Made by a program: the position numbers and the translations under genes | Notes under the pieces: model-generated | Told to the model about the DNA's origin: nothing | The model's database searches: none | What the model saw: only the letters and a program-made list of their open reading frames with translations | Shown: piece by piece, positions 57,038-64,000 of the stretch | Numbering within the stretch: the first letter of the stretch is position 1 | Layout: every line of letters begins with the position of its first letter | From: Octopus vulgaris | Lineage: Eukaryota | Length of the DNA stretch: 64,000 nucleotides | Direction: 5' to 3' | NCBI GenBank assembly: GCA_951406725.2 | Contig: OX597817.1 | Location: 65,224,001 to 65,288,000 of the forward strand

Positions 57038-57160
57038 GGGTTAACAAACGCGGGGAAACGTTCTCAATACCACAGTAGAGTATAAAGCATATTTTGCTCA
57101 TAAAATCGACTGTTGAAGTGAATTTTCTCGACATCCAGTTGAGTTGTCGGACAGTCTAAA
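57035..57160 (-). mobile_element. Decayed PLE terminus related to 21091-21230
   Basis: GGGGTTAACA...CTCAATACCACAGTAGAGTA resembles GGAGTAAACA...CTCAAATACCAGTGGTAGAGTA; stem I pair GACTGT/ACAGTC around a decayed core. Confidence 0.5.
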
Positions 57161-57622
57161 CTGGATGGCATAAAGAAAGCAAAATAAAACAAAACAAACA
57201 AACAAAGAAGACAACCTCTAGTAAAAATACATGGATAGGTGCATACAATTAGTTGTGCGATGGAAGACAGGTTGAGAGAAGCATATAATTCACTGGCAAC
57301 CCACTCGCATAGCAATACATAAAGGCTTTAATTATGTCATTCCTGCTCCTAGAAATTAATACCAGTTGGCAGCATAGACATGATGGAGGCAGATAAAGTA
57401 GTAAACTGTGGCAAGTCTATATTACTGGTGAAATCGTGAAATGAGCTGGCATAAAAGGTGGGGATGAAGACGCTTACAATATCTAGACGTACCAAAATCA
57501 AATATCAAAACTACAAGCAAAATCATCACTGTAGTAAAACAGCAATGATTACAAATTAAGCAAAGTGTGGTATGAAGTGTTTGGTGTTAATAGTTCCTTT
57601 CACTGCACAGTGGTACAGAAAA

Positions 57623-57810
57623 TTCTTCTTCTTCTTCTTCTTCTTCTTCTTCTTCTTCTTCTTCTTCTTCTTCTTCTTCTTCTTCTTCTTCTTCTTCTTC
57701 TTCTTCTTCTTCTTCTTCTTCTTCTTCTTCTTCTTCTTCTTCTTCTTCTTCTTCTTCTTCTTCTTCTTCTTCTTCTTCTTCTTCTTCGTCGTCGTCGTCG
57801 TCGTCGTCGC
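57623..57810. repeat. Long pure (CTT)n array, about 165 bp, followed by (CGT)n
   Basis: Directly visible. Confidence 0.97.
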
Positions 57811-59650
57811 CATCGTTTTCATCACGACAACGTGATGCAAAATGACGGACACATCACATGTCCAGCTTAATTTTGAATTTGTGCGGTATGGTTCCATCAT
57901 TATACATTTCAAATCTGATAATACTTGGGTTCGCCTTAAAACGCATCCATCATTAAGAAGATATATTCGGGATTCTCAGTCCATAATCCCATTCTTGAAG
58001 AAGCATAGGATAATACAATTAGCAATCGATTAAACCGACTCTGTTCTTGATTGGTACTTCATTTTGTCCATCCCAGAGATTGTGAAAGGCAAAATTGACC
58101 TCTGTTGGATGTGAGATTAGAACAAAAAGTGCCGAAACTAAACAGTATACGGTATTTTGTTCGTTGCTCTCACTATTTTGTCAATCGTCCTCGTGAGAGG
58201 TGAAAACATCCTGTAGGCTGGAGATGTTGAGCAAGGGCTGCTGTAGTAGGAGTAGAAGGATTAGAAAGAGGGGAAATTACCTCACAGAGTCAGAAGAGTC
58301 GAAATAACATGAAATACAGAGCAAGTTACCATTCACTGATCGTGAATTGTGTGTAGGTATATATTTTGTTGTTGTTTACACCCCAAGGTTAGTTATGATT
58401 AGCCGAAACATGCATAATCCGAAGTACTCCATCCGTGGTTAGTCTGTCGTTCTTGTTTTGGTCATAGTATATCCAAGTGTGTCTTTCTGACTTTAGGTTA
58501 GTAACATGTGACCTAAGGGAATTTAAGTTGTTGTTTCTAAAAAGTCAAACGATTAATTACAATCCAGTCTCTACGTTTGTCGTGCGTGTGTGTGTATAAG
58601 TATATGTGTATGTACGTGTGTGTATGCATTTGTGTGCGTGTGCTTGCGTCTGTATATGTTTGTGTGTGTATGTGCATGTGTGTGGAGGTTTGAACCTAGT
58701 TTTGTCAAATTTACTATGACAAACAATGGAACAATGGAGTATTCTTTTCAATTACACGGCACTGGGAAATTCTATTTTTAACGTAGACACATGTGTTCAT
58801 GCCAGATGGTCGCCTCCTGGATAAGGGCATTTTATATATATATATATATATATAAACGCATATGATAAATAAGTGAAGTGATGATGTATAGAATGCCTTA
58901 CGAAAAACATTTAATTGAAATTTCCCTTTGGATTATGCAATATATTACCCCCATGTTTCCATATACGATTTCTCTGAGCTGTCTTACAACAGTTGAATAT
59001 TTAAACTACAAATTCTCTTTATTGTTGCTATGATTATTTTCGTTGTTATTTTGTTCTTGATGTTCCAGTTTTTCCTTTGGAGGTTTTTTTGTCTTTTTTT
59101 CTCTCCAGACTAAGTGCATCGAGGACTACATCATTTACTGTGTCCTTTCCATTTTTTAGACTGAATTATGGAATTTGTAGAAACATGTGTTCAATTCACT
59201 GTTTCTCGTTGGTCGATTAATCGTGTAGATACTTACTCGTTGACTTGATAATCTACCATAGATTATGTTAATGTCCGGTGACCTGATTTGTATTGCATCA
59301 GAACCAGTTGCAACTAAAACAAATGTTATCCATGTAATCCAGGACTACCTGTTGAAATAACGGCCGATTAAATCAGTCTTCTTCCAGGCTTGTTCATTAT
59401 CGAAAGTTTGTGGGCACTTAGCAGAATTAAGAAAACAAAACAATAAGTGTCAAACGTGGATGAGCTCCATGAGAGCCAGAGGTACCCAAGTCTTGGAGAT
59501 TAAGTCAGTGCTATCAGGATTTCCAAACCCAATGAAATACTGGAATGGAAGTTTACAGTAATATTTCGGCCGGAGTGGAAGATTGGTAAAAAAATATAGA
59601 GGAGTTCTAACAACAGAAATAGTACAGGAATGATTTGAATTCTTCATGTG

Positions 59651-59765
59651 AATTAGGACCAGATTTAGTGCCAAAATTACTATAAGCGACCAAAGTCACA
59701 ATTAGCGACCAAAATTACAATTAGAGATTAGCTCAATTAGTTACTAGTACAATTAGCGACTAGAA
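59651..59765. repeat. Degenerate ~19-bp minisatellite (ATTAGCGACCAAAATTACA)
   Basis: About three good units plus decayed units. Confidence 0.6.
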
Positions 59766-60879
59766 CCAAAATCCATTGTATCTTTATTCCTTCCAAGCCA
59801 ATTAGAGAACCGCCGCGTGTTCATTCGATCCGTTAGTGGAATTTGAGTGGCTGTGATCCATCATCCAAATCTTTCTTCAATCACATTCACTAGTTAAGAA
59901 GATGGAAGGACGCTTTAGATAATATTGTTTTTAGGCGGAGTTTTTCTCTGCTAATTGCATAGATAATAACAGTTAATTTAAGTTTTCAACTAGCTATTAT
60001 CACGTAAGGGAGGTCCTCCTATATGTATATTTAATAGACCAAACACTTCCCAGAAGTACTTTCTTTCAGCCATATTGTTTTACAGGTGGTGGCGTACATG
60101 TAATCAATTTACCTTTTCTTTCTTTCTTTTTTCCTTTCCGTTTCTTTAAAACTCTTTTCTTCTAGAAATCGACAAAGAACACAGGACAATCAAGTCAATT
60201 TATATGAATAATTTATAAATTCACTAGCAATGCTTCGGCGAGAATCAAGTAAAAACTTTGAGTCACATTAGCGAATTTTTTCAGACATATTGCATCTAGG
60301 ACTATATTATATAATCTGCTCTTCCATTTGTTTTTTTTTTTTTTTGGTTTAATTGACCTATGGTCAAAGCGTTCCACTCGTAACCATCCCTCTTTTTGTC
60401 AGTCATTGTGTATCTAGAAATATAAGTATTTTCCTTATTAGGGAAACATTACGTTCATAAAAAACGTAAGATCTTATTTTCTATTGATTTTCGTGTCATG
60501 GAAGTCACTGAACGAGCAAGCCAATGAGAAGCACTTTCGTGCTACGATATTCCACGCTTTGGTAAGATTTTCAAGAAAACAAGCCTTCCGTAACCGACAC
60601 TTTCGCGTTACGGAATGTTATTCATTGTGTCTTTCATGCTTGTAAAGATAGTAAGTGTCATATCAATGATGTTCAGCTGTTACTTCTGACAGGTCGACGT
60701 AAATGCTCCGAGGTGTTAAGTAGCAGGAATGTAGTAAAACTGACATGTGCTGCTTTAGATTACACATCTATGAGTGTGTGTGTCAATACATACATACATA
60801 CATACATACATACATACATACATACATACATACATACATACATACATACATACACACGCACACGCATACACATACATTT

Positions 60880-61250
60880 TTATCTTGTACTTGTTTCAGC
60901 CATTAGACTATAGCGATGCCCCAGCATCGCCATGAAGGTTTTAGTTGAACGAATCGACCTCAGTATTTCTTCAAGCCTGGTACAATTGGTCTCTTACGTC
61001 GAACCACTAAGTCACGGCAACCTAATGAGTCCATATACGATTGTCAGGCGGTGGTAGGAGACAGACACAAAGATAAAGACACATACACATAGATATATGC
61101 ATATATTTATATATTTATATATGTATTTATATATACGACGGATTCATTCACTTTCCGTCTTCTAAATCCTCTCACAAGGTGCCACCCAGTGGGACTGACC
61201 CTCGAACCGTGTGGATTGGAAGCAATCTTTTCGCTACACAACTACGCCTA
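60880..61250 (-). mobile_element. Decayed SINE family B
   Basis: TACTTGTTTCAG...CCTCTCACAAGG...GTGGGACTGACC. Confidence 0.7.
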
Positions 61251-61260
61251 TATATATGAG

Positions 61261-61653
61261 TGTGGCACTCCGTCGGTCACGACGACGCGGCTTCCAGTTG
61301 ATCCGATCCGATCAAGGGAACAGCCTGCTCGTGAAATTAACGTGCAAGTGGCTGAGCACTTCGCAGGCACGTGTACCCTTAACATAGTTCTCGGGGGGGG
61401 GGGGGGGATTCAGCGTGACACAGAGAGTGACAAGGCTGGCCCTTTGATATACAGTTACAACAGAAACAGGAAGAAAGAATGAGAGAAAGTTGTGGGGAAA
61501 GAGTACAGTAGGGTTCGCCACAACCCCCTGTCGGAGCCTCGTGGAGCCATAGGTGTTTTCGCTCAATAAACACTCACAACGCCCGGTCTGGGAATCGAAA
61601 CCACGATCCTACGACCGCGAGTCCGCTGCCCTAACAACTGGGCCATTGCGCCT

Positions 61654-61655
<2 letters not shown>
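61261..61655 (-). mobile_element. tRNA-derived SINE family C, full length
   Basis: Minus head GGAGGCGCAATGGCCCAGTTGTTAGGGCAGCGGAC...GGTTTCGATTCCC (A and B boxes, intact D-stem); abuts (CA)n. Confidence 0.85.
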
Positions 61656-61726
<71 letters not shown>

Positions 61727-62444
61727 TACACACACACATATAAAAATGAAGGCGGGCTAACGAAGAAAAAAACGTAAGTGGTTGTTCAACCTACTTGATA
61801 CTATATTTCCCCCTCAAATAATACTCTGCGGTCTTAGATGGAGAGAAAAGTGTTGGAGATATATATGCCTCTGGTTACGTAGAAAGGCCTAGTTAAACAG
61901 GACTACATCATTTTTAAGCAGTATCTACACGAACAGGGTTGTTTTGAGCTGAAAACCACCACTACCACTGCCACCAACACCTTCACAAGATAAGCACCCA
62001 CATGAAGGTGACACTTTTACTGGTATCGCTACAACTCAGAAGAGGGTATGGCACTTACCTTTCTACTGTTGCAATTAATATGTTCAAGTTAATATACCTG
62101 GCATACTTAGATGATCGGCGCTGTAAGACGGAAATGCCAGCCTGTAAGATATACGCGCTCAGTTACAGACATACAGACAGAGGCACACACACATGTACTT
62201 GTACACACACCTATACACAAGCATTTATCAAAATTTAAACTGACGCTGATTGTCTGTCTCCCGACACGAATTTCAATAGGAAGTCGATCCTCTATAACAT
62301 GTATTGAGTACTCAATTCCTTCATCATTCATTCAACAGAAAGCAACGTATATATTTCATCATGTTGAACCGTTAACCCCAACACATACTTTTCTCTCAGT
62401 CTTTTTCTTTTCATTCTCTCTCTGTTTATTTTCCCCTCTTAAAC

Positions 62445-62480
62445 CTTTCTGTCGAAGAGCGTAGGCTCGAAACGTCAAAG
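62445..62480 (+). ncRNA. Minimal hammerhead motif (CUGUCGA core) in a PLE terminus spanning about 62445-62575
   Basis: CTTT-CTGTCGA-A-GAGC-GTAG-GCTC-GAAAC-GTC-AAAG: stems I and II intact, palindromic ACGT stem III, GUC site; followed after about 100 nt by (TA)n. Confidence 0.7.
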
Positions 62481-62580
62481 ACTTTAGCATTTTTCTCGAG
62501 CATTAAACCAATACACCCCCTTGTTGTTCCTACACCTGTCTTCGGCTTTTGTTTTCTGCGAATTTGAACTATATCTTCGA

Positions 62581-62708
<128 letters not shown>

Positions 62709-62861
62709 GTATGTATGTATGTTTTATATGTTTATATACACACAAGCTTATATGCACACAAATAGTACGCGAACATGTATGTGTATGTTTGTATATATAT
62801 GTAAATACACAGAGAGAGAGGCATATACTCATATATAAAAGTAATGATGTGTGAATATTAG

Positions 62862-62926
<65 letters not shown>

Positions 62927-63114
62927 TATATATATATATACATACATAAAAAAATATACTCTTCGTTTTTCCGTTGTCAGCGGATGCCAGAGAGAAATCA
63001 TATGATAAAGTTGATTTCTAAAAACTGTAAAATGACGTGTAGGAGTCTATTTCAAATATGTTCTCTCTCCACATGCAAAAGCTTTTATATTAATGTACTC
63101 CACTCTGAAATATA

Positions 63115-63328
63115 GGTTTCGAACTTTGGCAAAAGGCCAACAATTTTACATAAAGTGTGAGTCGATTACATCGACTCTAGCACTTGACTGGAACTTATTT
63201 TATCGACCCCCGAAAAGTTGAAAGACAAAGTCGACCTCGGCGGAAGTTCAACTCAGAGTTTAAGGACGGACGAGATGCCTCTAAGCTTTTCGCCCGACGG
63301 GTTAACTATTTTGACAGTTCGCCGCCTT
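63115..63328 (-). mobile_element. SINE family A
   Basis: Core and head recognisable. Confidence 0.8.
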
Positions 63329-63429
63329 AATTCACTCCAAAATATGTGCTATTACACACACACACACACATACATTATGTACTTAATACATAAATGCACA
63401 AAATATGTACAAATACATGTATATACATA

Positions 63430-63552
<123 letters not shown>

Positions 63553-63730
63553 ATATAATATACGCATAATATCTATGTATATATTGCACACACATGGAAA
63601 ACAAATACTTTGTACTTTTCATGTAAAGTAAGATATGTGATACTGCGAAAGAATGTAATAGTTTCACTATTGCTGCCTCCCACTCTTTTTCGGTGCGAGC
63701 ACACACATACATTAATACATACGCGCACAC

Positions 63731-63791
<61 letters not shown>

Positions 63792-63864
63792 TATACATGT
63801 GCAAACATAGACACACATGCACAAACTCAAACAACCACATGTCCCCACATGTACACACTTGCAG

Positions 63865-64000
63865 AGTGTGGTTAAGTTCAAGAATACTTAGCGACATTTC
63901 GTCAGTCCTTACGTTCTGAGTTCAAATTCCACCGAGATCGACTTCGCCTTTCATCTTTTCGGGATCGATAAAATACGTTCCTGTCAAGTGCTGGGGTCGA
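63865..64000 (+). mobile_element. SINE family A, cut by the window edge
   Basis: TTCTGAGTTCAAATTCC...CCTTTCATCTTTTCGGGATCGATAAAA. Confidence 0.8.

Noticed and set aside
57556-57912. Poly-Lys / poly-Leu / poly-Phe ORFs
   Set aside because: Produced by the (CTT)n array.
59651-59765. Possible CRISPR-like array
   Set aside because: No unique spacers, degenerate tandem units, eukaryotic context, no cas genes.
61580-61655. tRNA-like sequence
   Set aside because: D-stem and A/B boxes are present, but there is no proper acceptor stem and it continues into a SINE body.

Overview
AT-rich, repeat-saturated eukaryotic DNA, intergenic or intronic. I found no host protein-coding exon, and almost all ORFs in the track are translations of microsatellites. 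The mix of repeats suggests a coleoid cephalopod (octopus-like), but that is inferred from recalled repeat families. The window holds dozens of di-, tri- and tetranucleotide arrays and at least four SINE or SINE-like families. It also holds non-LTR retrotransposon relics (RTE, CR1-like, R4/Dong-type with RLE domain, L1-Tx1), a Penelope-like element (PLE) with most of its RT deleted, and DNA transposon relics (mariner MITE, Tc1/mariner deletion derivative, Tigger/pogo, non-autonomous Helitron). The most notable signal is a recurring module: a minimal type-I hammerhead ribozyme motif, usually a ~75-120 nt tail, then a (TA)n array. It occurs at seven loci, one of them a perfect 70-bp inverted repeat carrying a hammerhead on each strand. 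All calls come from reading and translating by eye; boundaries of decayed elements are approximate.
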